The notes under the pieces are model-generated. The model was not told the origin of the DNA. It saw only the letters and a list, made by a program, of their open reading frames with translations, and ran no database searches. Shown in pieces: positions 43,242 to 51,482 of a stretch of 61,066 bases of DNA. Each line of letters opens with the position of its first letter. Position 1 is the stretch's first letter. The stretch comes from Mycobacteriales bacterium (lineage in GTDB: Bacteria > Actinomycetota > Actinomycetes > Mycobacteriales > CADCTP01), in the NCBI GenBank assembly GCA_039648995.1, contig JBBWZH010000215.1:1-61066 (forward strand), in the 5' to 3' direction. The position numbers and the translations under genes are program-made.

Positions 43242-44726
43242 TCAGCCATGTGACCAGGCATTGACGATGGTCTCGATGTCGTCTTGTCCGAGCAGCGGCA
43301 ACCGGGACAGCCGGGTGTCCGGTGCGGCGGCGGCCGCGGCCAGCAGCCGGCGGTAGGAACCGGCGAGCTGCTCAGCCGTGTCGGCCTCGAAGAGTTCGGC
43401 CGAGTAGAGCAGCCGCGCCTCCAGCGTCCTCGATTTCTCGGTGAGGTGGAGTTCGAGGTCGAACCGGGTGGCCGTGTCCCCGCACGGAAAGGCGGTGGCC
43501 GTCAGATGCGGTGGCCAGGGAACGTCGTCGGCGTCGCCGACCGCGTAGTCGAACCACACTTGGAAGAGCGGGTTGTGGGAGACCTCACGCGGCGGTTGCA
43601 CCAGCGCCAGAATGTCCTCCAGCGGGGTCTCCTGGTGCTCGTGGGCCGCCAGCATCGCCTCCCGGGCCTCGTGGACGAGCCCGCAGAAGGTCGGATCGGT
43701 CTGCATGCCCAGCCGCGTCACGATGGGCAGTGACCGCGTGAAGAAGCCGATCAGCCGCTCGGACTCCACGCGGTCGCGGGCGGTGAACGGGCACCCCACG
43801 GCGAACGACGCCGCCCCGGTGCAGCGGTAGAGCAGCGCCTCGAAAGCGGCGAGGCAGACCGCGAACGGCGTCGTGTCGTTCCCGTCCGCCAGCGCCCGGA
43901 TGGCAGCCGTGTCGCCGCTGCCGAACTCGACGCGGGCCTCGCCGGCAACCCCGGACAGCCCGCCGCGCGGACGCTCGTGGTCGGTCGGCAGGTCGAGGAA
44001 GACGCCGACCCCGGCCAGCTGGCGCCGCCAGTAGTCGAGGTGCTCAGCGTGCCGCGCGCCGGATCCGATGGCCGGCGACGTTCGGGCGTAGTCGGCGTGA
44101 CCCGCGGATGGGAGTCCCGGCTCGGTCGGGGCGAGACTGCCGGCCCGTTCGTACGCCGCGAACAGCTGCTCGAGCATGATGACCAGCGAGTCGCGGTCGA
44201 AGACCAGGTGGTGGACCGTCACACCGAACACGTGGTCGTCGGGCCCGAGCCGGGCGAGCCAGAACCGGTAGAGCGGGCCGTTCTCGAGGTCCAGCGGCCG
44301 TCTGCTTTCGTCGAAAGCCAGCCGGCGGGCCGTGCCGATCGGGTCGTCCGCCGTACTGAGGTCGTGCTCCTGCAGAAGCGAGGTTGGCGGCGGCGCGAGC
44401 CACGCCCAGGTTTCCCCGTCCCCGACCGCGACCGCGGTACGCAACGCGTCCTGCCGGGACACGACATCGACGAGGGCCGCATCCAGCGCGCCGGGACTGA
44501 CCGGGCCGGACAGGCGCCACGCCGCGGCGACGTTGTAGTCGGCCCGGTTCGGTTTCAACTGGTCGAGGAACCAGAGCCGGCGCTGGTCGGGAGACAGCGG
44601 TCGCCGCCGGCTGTGCTCCGCCCGCTGTGCGGGTGCGGCCGGCGCGTCGACCTGCGCAAGCCCGGCCAGACGGCGGCGCAGCAATTCCTGTGCCTCGCTG
44701 GAGAGAGCGGTCGATTCAGAAGGCAC
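43242..44726 (-). CDS. Stand-alone NRPS condensation domain protein (LCL-like)
   Basis: PLSPDQRRLWFLDQL, YNV, HHLVFDRDS (Gly to Arg variant), IGFF, NPLFQV, FDLEL; N-terminal helix LSSEAQELLRRRLAG; no A or T. Confidence 0.9.
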   Translation of the reverse strand: MPSESTALSSEAQELLRRRLAGLAQVDAPAAPAQRAEHSRRRPLSPDQRRLWFLDQLKPNRADYNVAAAWRLSGPVSPGALDAALVDVVSRQDALRTAVAVGDGETWAWLAPPPTSLLQEHDLSTADDPIGTARRLAFDESRRPLDLENGPLYRFWLARLGPDDHVFGVTVHHLVFDRDSLVIMLEQLFAAYERAGSLAPTEPGLPSAGHADYARTSPAIGSGARHAEHLDYWRRQLAGVGVFLDLPTDHERPRGGLSGVAGEARVEFGSGDTAAIRALADGNDTTPFAVCLAAFEALLYRCTGAASFAVGCPFTARDRVESERLIGFFTRSLPIVTRLGMQTDPTFCGLVHEAREAMLAAHEHQETPLEDILALVQPPREVSHNPLFQVWFDYAVGDADDVPWPPHLTATAFPCGDTATRFDLELHLTEKSRTLEARLLYSAELFEADTAEQLAGSYRRLLAAAAAAPDTRLSRLPLLGQDDIETIVNAWSHG

Positions 44727-44737
44727 GCGAGACCGTC

Positions 44738-44766
44738 CTATGCCGTAGCTATACCAGAGCTATGCC
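44738..44766. promoter_or_regulatory. Three heptamer direct repeats at 11-bp period in the divergent NRPS promoter region
   Basis: CTATGCC (44738), CTATACC (44749), CTATGCC (44760). Confidence 0.5.
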
Positions 44767-44843
44767 GTGTGGCAACGGGTTGACCGGCCGGCACAACGAG
44801 GACCTCCGGCCGGCTGGAATCCACCGCAATCAAGCAATATCAG

Positions 44844-44881
44844 AGCCCTGGAGGTGCGCACCAGTGAGATTCTCCAGGGCT
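44844..44881. promoter_or_regulatory. Perfect 10-bp inverted repeat with 18-nt spacer; candidate operator
   Basis: AGCCCTGGAG (44844-44853) and CTCCAGGGCT (44872-44881), midway between the divergent C-domain and mbtH genes. Confidence 0.45.
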
Positions 44882-44999
44882 GTTGTATGGGGCCTCCGGG
44901 AGGTTGCGGAAATGGCGCTCGCCGGTGACGATGCTCGCCGGGGCCGAGAAAAGGCGGGCTTGATTTGTCCGTGTGCCGCGTCCGGCGGAGGTGAGTGGC

Positions 45000-45221
45000 G
45001 TGGAAACCGTGGATGAGAGCCAGGTCGACGACTCGTTCGAGGTAGTCGTCAATCACGAAGAGCAGTATTCGGTGTGGCCGTCCGATCGGGAGCCACCCGC
45101 GGGTTGGCACCTCGAGGGGACCCGTGGCAGCCGGGATCAGTGCCTGGCACACATCGACACGGTGTGGTTGGACATCACCCCCAAGAGCGTCCGCGAACGG
45201 CTCGCCGCCGAGCGTGACTGA
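45000..45221 (+). CDS. mbtH: MbtH-like protein
   Basis: GGAGG RBS then GTG 45000; VVVNHEEQYSVWP, PPAGW, CLAHIDTVWLDITPKS with the three conserved Trp. Confidence 0.95.
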   Translation: METVDESQVDDSFEVVVNHEEQYSVWPSDREPPAGWHLEGTRGSRDQCLAHIDTVWLDITPKSVRERLAAERD

Positions 45222-46989
45222 CGTCGGCGGCGGGCCGCCCGCCGGCGTGCGGCGCATGATGCCGGGGCTGCTCGCCGAATCCCTCGTCCGGCACGCGTCG
45301 AGAACCGCGGTGCTGCGGGCCGGCGGGCCGGCGCTCAGCTACCGGGACCTCGCGGCAGCCGCCGCCGACGTGACCGACCTGCTTGCCGGCGAGGGTGTCC
45401 GCACCGGCGACACCGTCCTGTTCTGCGGCGAGCGCGGCCTCGGCCACGTGCTCACCGTGCTCGCCGCGTGGCGGCTCGGCGCGGCGGTCGCGGTGGCACC
45501 GCCCGGCCCCGACGCCCGCCGGGACAGCGTGCGCCGCCGGGTCCGGCCGCGGGCCGTGCTGGATGACGTCGCGGGCGGCCGCGGGGTGCGCGTCCTGGGC
45601 GGCGATCCCGGCCCGTCCACCCGCCCGCCCGGTGCCGGCCGTGGGCGGGGCGTGGACGGCGCGGACCTCGCCTACCTGCTGCCCACGTCGGGGACGACCG
45701 GCGAGCCGAAGGTGGTGGCGGTGCCGCACGGCGCCTTCGCGCGGCGCTGCGCCTGGGCCCAGCGCGCCTACCCGCTCACCCCCGGCGACGTCGTCCTGGC
45801 GTCCAGCTCGCCGGCCTTCGACTTCTGCCTGTGGGAGACGTTCGCGCCGCTCGCCGCCGGTGCGTCGGTCGCGTTCGCGCCCGCCGCCGCGGAGGCCGAG
45901 CCCGAGGTGCTCGCCGCGTTCATGCTCGAGCACCGGGTCACCGTCGCCCACTTCGTGCCGTCGCTGCTGGCGTTGTTCGTCGAGGACGGTGGCGGCGCCG
46001 CGCTGGCCGCGCTGCGGCTGCTCCTGCTCGGCGGCGAACCGCTCACCGCCGAGCTGTGCCGGCGGGTCCGGCAGGTCAGCGCCGCCCGGCTGTGGAACCA
46101 GTACGGGCCGACCGAGACGTGCATCGACGCGGTGTCCCACGAGATCACCGATGACGACCTGGCGACCCGGGACGTGCCGATCGGGGCTCCGGTCGATGGC
46201 GCGGAGGTCTGCGTGCTGGACGCCGCCGGTCACCCGGTCGAGCCGGGCGGCGTCGGCGAGCTGCACATCGGCGGCGCGCTTCTCGCCTGGGGGTACCTGG
46301 GCATGGGCGGCAGGACGGCCGACCAGTTCGTGCCCGCGCCGACCGGCCCGCCCGGCGGCCGGCGCTACCGTTCCGGCGACCTGGTCCGCCGGCGGCACGA
46401 CGGCCTGCTGGTGCACGCCGGCCGGACCGACCAGCAGATCAAGATCCGCGGCGTACGGCTCGAGCCCACGGAGGTCGAGGCGGTCCTCCGGGCGCATCCG
46501 CACGTGCGGGAGGCGGCCGTCGTGGTCGGCGCCGGGGCCGGTCACCTGCGGCGCCTCCTCGCGCACGTGGTGCCGGCCGGCCCGCTGTCCGGCGACGAGC
46601 TGCGTGCCCACCTGGCCGCCCGGCTGCCGGCGGCCGCGGTGCCCGCGCGCATCGTGCTCCGCCCGGCGCTGCCGCGCCTGGCCAGCGGCAAGGTGGACCG
46701 CGGTGCGCTGGCCGCCGACGACGGTTCCGGCGCCGACGATCCCGCGGCGCCGGCGCCGCTGGATACCGAGCTGCAGGTCCTCGTCGGCGGCATCTGGAGC
46801 GGCGTGCTGAACGTGCCGGCGAGCGCGTCCATGCACTTCTTCGAGGCCGGGGGCAGCTCACTGACCGCGATGCGCGCCGCGGCGCGGGTCCGACGGGCGA
46901 CCGGACGCCAGATCCCGGTCCGGCTGATGTTCGAGGCCCCGGTGCTGGAGACCTACGCGGCGCGGCTGCGCGACCTCATCGACCCGTGA
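45214..46989 (+). CDS. NRPS A-T didomain, substrate not predictable
   Basis: Start GTG 45214 (coupled to the mbtH stop) or ATG 45256; TSGTTGEPK, NQYGPTE, YRSGD, SGKVDR; code by eye DFWHLGQIDK; T FFEAGGSSL. The 3' end overlaps the convergent gene by 14 nt. Confidence 0.9.
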   Translation: MTDVGGGPPAGVRRMMPGLLAESLVRHASRTAVLRAGGPALSYRDLAAAAADVTDLLAGEGVRTGDTVLFCGERGLGHVLTVLAAWRLGAAVAVAPPGPDARRDSVRRRVRPRAVLDDVAGGRGVRVLGGDPGPSTRPPGAGRGRGVDGADLAYLLPTSGTTGEPKVVAVPHGAFARRCAWAQRAYPLTPGDVVLASSSPAFDFCLWETFAPLAAGASVAFAPAAAEAEPEVLAAFMLEHRVTVAHFVPSLLALFVEDGGGAALAALRLLLLGGEPLTAELCRRVRQVSAARLWNQYGPTETCIDAVSHEITDDDLATRDVPIGAPVDGAEVCVLDAAGHPVEPGGVGELHIGGALLAWGYLGMGGRTADQFVPAPTGPPGGRRYRSGDLVRRRHDGLLVHAGRTDQQIKIRGVRLEPTEVEAVLRAHPHVREAAVVVGAGAGHLRRLLAHVVPAGPLSGDELRAHLAARLPAAAVPARIVLRPALPRLASGKVDRGALAADDGSGADDPAAPAPLDTELQVLVGGIWSGVLNVPASASMHFFEAGGSSLTAMRAAARVRRATGRQIPVRLMFEAPVLETYAARLRDLIDP

Positions 46990-49900
46990 CACCCGACCCG
47001 CTCGTGAGCCGCGGCGGGGCGGGCAGGGCCGCCAGGTCGACCTTCCCGTTGATGGTCGTCGGGACGGCGCCGACGACCAGGAGGTCGGTCGGCACCATGT
47101 AGTCCGGAACGAGCCGGCGCAGCCGGGCCCGCAGGCCGTCCGCGTCGCTCGCGGAGAGGGTGGCGCCCGTGACGTAGCCGACGAGGCCGGCCCCGTCGCC
47201 GCTGCCGACCGAGCGGACGACCGCCTCGTCGACGCCGTCGAGACCGCGCAGCGCCGCCGCCACCTCGTCCGTCTCGACCCGGTGCCCCCGGATCTTCACC
47301 TGGTTGTCGGTCCTGCCGTGGTAGTAGTACGTGCCGTCGGCGTCCCGGCGCACGAGGTCGCCGGTGCGGTAGCTCCGCGCGCCCGCGGCGGCCGCCCCTG
47401 CGTCGGGCACGAACCTGCGGGCGGTCTCGGGCGGGTCGGCGTCGTAGCCCCAGGCAAGCGACCCCCCACCGATCGCCAGCTCGCCGAGCTCGCCCGCGGC
47501 GGCCTCCCGCCCGGCCCCGTCCACGACCCGCAGCCGGACGCCGGGGATCGGCGTTCCGATCGGGAACGGGCGGGGGACGGCCGCGTCCGGGTCCAGGCGG
47601 TGGACGCAGCACCCGACGGTGGCCTCGGTCGGGCCGTACTCGTTGTGGACGACGGTGCGCGGGGACACCTCCCGCCAGGCCTGGACCAGGTCGGCCGGCA
47701 GCGCCTCGCCGCCGATCACGAGCGCCGCGACGTGCCCTGCCATCCGCCGCCCGCGGAGCTGATCGAGCAGGATCCGCAGGTGCGTCGGGGTCAGCTTGAC
47801 GAAGTCGAACGTCGAGCCCTCGCACAGCATCTCCGCCACCCGGACGATGCCGTTCCGCGGATCCACGAGGTGGACCGCTCCGCCCGACACCAGCGGCCCG
47901 AAGAGCGAGGTGATCGTGAGGTCGAACGCGACGGAGCTGTAGAGCGGCGCGCCGGCCCCGCCCGCGCCGCAGTATTCGGCCCGCACCCACGCCAGGTACC
48001 GCGCCAGCGCGGTGTGCGGGACCACGACACCCTTGGGCGTTCCCGTCGAGCCCGACGTGTAGAGCACGTACGCGACGTCGCCGGCGGCCGCGAGTGGCGC
48101 CGGCAGGTCATGCCCGGCTCGGAGCAGCACCGCCGGGCTCACGGTCGCGTCGTCGCCGGCCGGGGCCCCGGCAACGGTCAGTCTGACACCCGCCCGCCGG
48201 AGGGTTCCGCGGGATCGCTCGTCGTCGTGGCGGTGGTCCACCGGGACGAACGCCGCGCCCAGCCGGACCACGGCCAGCAGCGTCGCCAGCAGCGCGACGT
48301 CGTGCGGCAACCGGATGCCCACGCGGTCGCCGGCCGAGACGCCGCGCGCGGCCAGCCCCGCCGCGATGGCCGCCGCCCGGCGATCGAGCTCGGCGAACGT
48401 GACGGTCTCGTGGGCGTCGATGGCGGCCGGGCGCCTGGGCCAGGTCCGTACGGCGCGGTCCCACAGCTCCGGCAGCGTGGCCGGCGCCGCGCCCGCATCG
48501 GCCGGTCCGGCCGCCTCGCCGCGGGCCGCGTGGGAGGCCAGGCGCCCGCTGTCGGCGAGCGCGGCCAGATGGGACGCCAGCAGCACCGCGTCGACCCGGG
48601 GGCCGGCGATCCCGAGGGCCGCCAGCGCCGCGTCGGCTCGGGCGGTGTCCACCGGCCGGCTGTGGCCGGGGCCCCGAGCGAGCACCGTCTGGGTCAGCAG
48701 CAGCGCCGACTCCTGGGCACGGGAGCGGCGCTGCGGGTCGGCCACCGCCCGCTCCAGGGATCGCTGCCAGGCATCGCCGGGCACCCGGTCGATGCGGTGG
48801 CCGGCCGCGCGGGCCACGTCGAGAACCTCGGCCAGCCGGGTGGACGCCGCGTTGACGAGGTTGAACGTCGCTCCGTCCGCCCCGCCGGCCAGCGCCGTGC
48901 GGACCAGCACGGTCGCCAGGAAGTCGGCGGGGACGAGGTTGTCGCTGAAGCCGGACCAGCCGTCCCCCGTGGGCTCCGCGCCGATCTCGATGCAGGCGAC
49001 GACGAAGTTCCAGAAGGCGTCGGCGGCCGGCGGTGGCCCGCTGCCGGCGCCGCCACAGATCCGGCTCGGCCGGTAGACGGTCGCCGGCACGCCCAGGCGC
49101 CCGGCCTGGCGCACGGTTTCCTCGGCCACCCACTTGCTGCGCACGTACCCGTCGTCCGGCAGCAGCGCGGGGTCCGTGTGCCAGTCCTCGGGCAGCGCCG
49201 GCGGGGACGAGGCGTCGCCCCGCATCGTGCTGACCGTCGAGACGTAGTGCACGGGCTTCAGCGACCCGGTGGTGGCGAACCAGAGGACCTCTCGCGTCCC
49301 GATGACGTTCGGCCCCCGCAGGCTCGCGTACGAGTCGAGGAGGTGGGTGCTCGCGGCGACGTGGAAGACGAGGTCGACCGCCGCGGCGGCGTCGGCGTAC
49401 TCGCGCTCGGGCAGGCCGAGCATCGGGCGGGACAGGTCCCCGACCAGCACCCGGATCCACCGGTGCCAGCCCGGGCGCCAGCGCCCGATGCCGCGCAGCG
49501 CCGACTCGGCGCGCTGCCGGGCGGTGTCCGGGTCGCCCGCCCGGATCAGGCACCAGGGTGTGATCGAGGTGCGCTCGAGCACCTCGGCGAGCAGGTGCGC
49601 GCCCAGCAGGCCGGTGACCCCGGTGATGAGCGCGGCGGCGGGCGGGACGGCCACCCGGGCAGGCAGCGGCCCCAACCGGAGCCCGACGTCGTGCCGTACG
49701 TCCGGGCCGCCCGCGGCCCGGACGGGCGCGTCGCCCGCGGCCAGGGCCGACGCGAGAGCCCGAGGGGTCGGATGGGTAAAGAGCAGGTTCATCGGCAGGT
49801 GCTCGCCCACCCGGTCCCGCAGCCGGCGCATCACGTGCAGCGCGAGCAGCGAGTGCCCGCCGATGGCGAAGAAGTCGTCCGTCGCGGCGACCCCGGCACG

Positions 49901-51433
49901 GCCCAGCGTCTCGGCGAACAGGTCGGCGATGTCCTGAACGGTCGCCGCGTCGGTCGCCGCGTCGGCCGCCGCCGGCCCGGTCGCGCGCGGCGGGCTCGCC
50001 GGTCGCTCCCGGCTCGCCGTGGCCGGCGCGGACCGGGGCTGCGCCGGGAACACCGGCAGGTCCGACAGTCGCGTGCCGGGGGCGTCGACGATGAGCGCCA
50101 GCGTCTCGCGCAGGTGCGCGCCGAGTGCCGCGACCGCGGAGCGCGCGAACCGCTCCTCCGGGTAGGCGATGTGCAGCCGGGTTCCGGTGCCGGTCATGAT
50201 CGCGTTGAGGGCGAGCTGGAACTTGGCCTGCTGCGGTGCCGGGTCGAGCGGCTCGACCCGCAGCGGGCCGATGGTGCGGCGGTCCCCGTCGGCGTGGTGC
50301 TGCAGCTGGCAGCTCACGTCGAGCAACGGCACGCGTCCGGTGCCGCGGGCCGGCGCGACGCTTCGCACGATCCACTCCAGCGGGATGTCGGCGTGCGCGT
50401 AGGCCTCGAGAAGGCTGTCCCGGACCGCCAGCAGGAACTCGGTCGCGGTCAGGTCGGTGTCCACGTTGATCCGGACCGGCACCATCGTGACGAACAGGCC
50501 CACGAGGTCCTGCACCGCCATCGCGGTTCGGCCGTCGACGGGTACGCCGATGACGAGGTCGCTGGCCGCGTGTGGGTCCAGCTGCGCGAGGACGGCGGCC
50601 CAGGCCGCGAACGCCAGCATGAACGGTGTCGCGCTGACCGAGGACGCGACGATCCGCAGCCGCTCGGTCAGGTCCGCGGGCAGTTCGACGGTGACGGCCG
50701 CGTCGACGCCCCACCGGTCGCCGTCGACCGGTGCCAGCAGGCCGGGCTGGAACCGGTGGTCGGCACCGTCGAGCTTCGCCGTCCAGTACGCGAGGGACCG
50801 GTCGAGCTCACCGGCGGCCACCCGCTGCTGCTGGTACAACGCGACGTCGGCGTACTGCACCGCCAGTGCGGGAGCGTCGGCTTCGACACCGCCGGTCGCA
50901 CGCCGGTAGCCGTGATCCAGGTCGCGCAGCAGCACGGCACCGGATACGGCGTCCGAGACGAGGTGGTGGGTGCTGATCACGACGATCGCCTCGGTGGCCG
51001 CCAGCGCGAGGACGGCGCACCGCACCGGCGGCGTCCTGGTGAGCTCGTACGGCTCCAGCTGGAGTCGCCGGACCAGCGCCCGGGCCGCGGTTTCCGCGCC
51101 CTCCGGCGCCGCGCTCAGGTCGTGGATCGTGACCGGTACGTCGGCCGCCGGGTGGATGCGCTGGTAGGGCTCGCCGGCCGCGTCCGCGGGGAAGCTCGTG
51201 CGCAGGGCCTCGTGCCGCTCGATGAGGGCGGCGAGCGCGCGCCCCAGCGCGGGGACGTCGACATCACCGCGCAGCCGTACCGCGAGCAGCGTGTGGTACG
51301 ACGTATCGGAGACGTCCAGCTGGTGCATGATCCACAGACCGCGTTGCGGCAGCGACAGCGGCACGCGGACGGCGAGCGGCCGGGGGTGCGTGGTCAGCGC
51401 GACGCGAGGGCGTCTCGGTCTGGTCGGTGGCAC
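46976..51433 (-). CDS. Non-canonical NRPS C-T-R(thioester reductase)-A(Asn predicted)
   Basis: One 1485-aa frame: C HHLVSDAVS; T GGHSL; R TGVTGLLG, NVIGT, HYVST, GYVRSKWVAE (YxxxK); C-terminal A YTSGSTGTPKG, NEYGPTE, NGKVD; code DLTKVGEVGK (Asn-type). Confidence 0.93.
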   Translation of the reverse strand: MPPTRPRRPRVALTTHPRPLAVRVPLSLPQRGLWIMHQLDVSDTSYHTLLAVRLRGDVDVPALGRALAALIERHEALRTSFPADAAGEPYQRIHPAADVPVTIHDLSAAPEGAETAARALVRRLQLEPYELTRTPPVRCAVLALAATEAIVVISTHHLVSDAVSGAVLLRDLDHGYRRATGGVEADAPALAVQYADVALYQQQRVAAGELDRSLAYWTAKLDGADHRFQPGLLAPVDGDRWGVDAAVTVELPADLTERLRIVASSVSATPFMLAFAAWAAVLAQLDPHAASDLVIGVPVDGRTAMAVQDLVGLFVTMVPVRINVDTDLTATEFLLAVRDSLLEAYAHADIPLEWIVRSVAPARGTGRVPLLDVSCQLQHHADGDRRTIGPLRVEPLDPAPQQAKFQLALNAIMTGTGTRLHIAYPEERFARSAVAALGAHLRETLALIVDAPGTRLSDLPVFPAQPRSAPATASRERPASPPRATGPAAADAATDAATVQDIADLFAETLGRAGVAATDDFFAIGGHSLLALHVMRRLRDRVGEHLPMNLLFTHPTPRALASALAAGDAPVRAAGGPDVRHDVGLRLGPLPARVAVPPAAALITGVTGLLGAHLLAEVLERTSITPWCLIRAGDPDTARQRAESALRGIGRWRPGWHRWIRVLVGDLSRPMLGLPEREYADAAAAVDLVFHVAASTHLLDSYASLRGPNVIGTREVLWFATTGSLKPVHYVSTVSTMRGDASSPPALPEDWHTDPALLPDDGYVRSKWVAEETVRQAGRLGVPATVYRPSRICGGAGSGPPPAADAFWNFVVACIEIGAEPTGDGWSGFSDNLVPADFLATVLVRTALAGGADGATFNLVNAASTRLAEVLDVARAAGHRIDRVPGDAWQRSLERAVADPQRRSRAQESALLLTQTVLARGPGHSRPVDTARADAALAALGIAGPRVDAVLLASHLAALADSGRLASHAARGEAAGPADAGAAPATLPELWDRAVRTWPRRPAAIDAHETVTFAELDRRAAAIAAGLAARGVSAGDRVGIRLPHDVALLATLLAVVRLGAAFVPVDHRHDDERSRGTLRRAGVRLTVAGAPAGDDATVSPAVLLRAGHDLPAPLAAAGDVAYVLYTSGSTGTPKGVVVPHTALARYLAWVRAEYCGAGGAGAPLYSSVAFDLTITSLFGPLVSGGAVHLVDPRNGIVRVAEMLCEGSTFDFVKLTPTHLRILLDQLRGRRMAGHVAALVIGGEALPADLVQAWREVSPRTVVHNEYGPTEATVGCCVHRLDPDAAVPRPFPIGTPIPGVRLRVVDGAGREAAAGELGELAIGGGSLAWGYDADPPETARRFVPDAGAAAAGARSYRTGDLVRRDADGTYYYHGRTDNQVKIRGHRVETDEVAAALRGLDGVDEAVVRSVGSGDGAGLVGYVTGATLSASDADGLRARLRRLVPDYMVPTDLLVVGAVPTTINGKVDLAALPAPPRLTSGSGVTGR

Positions 51434-51482
51434 CGTGTCTCCCTGGTCGGCATGCGGGTTCCGGTGGACAGGGCAGCGGCGA

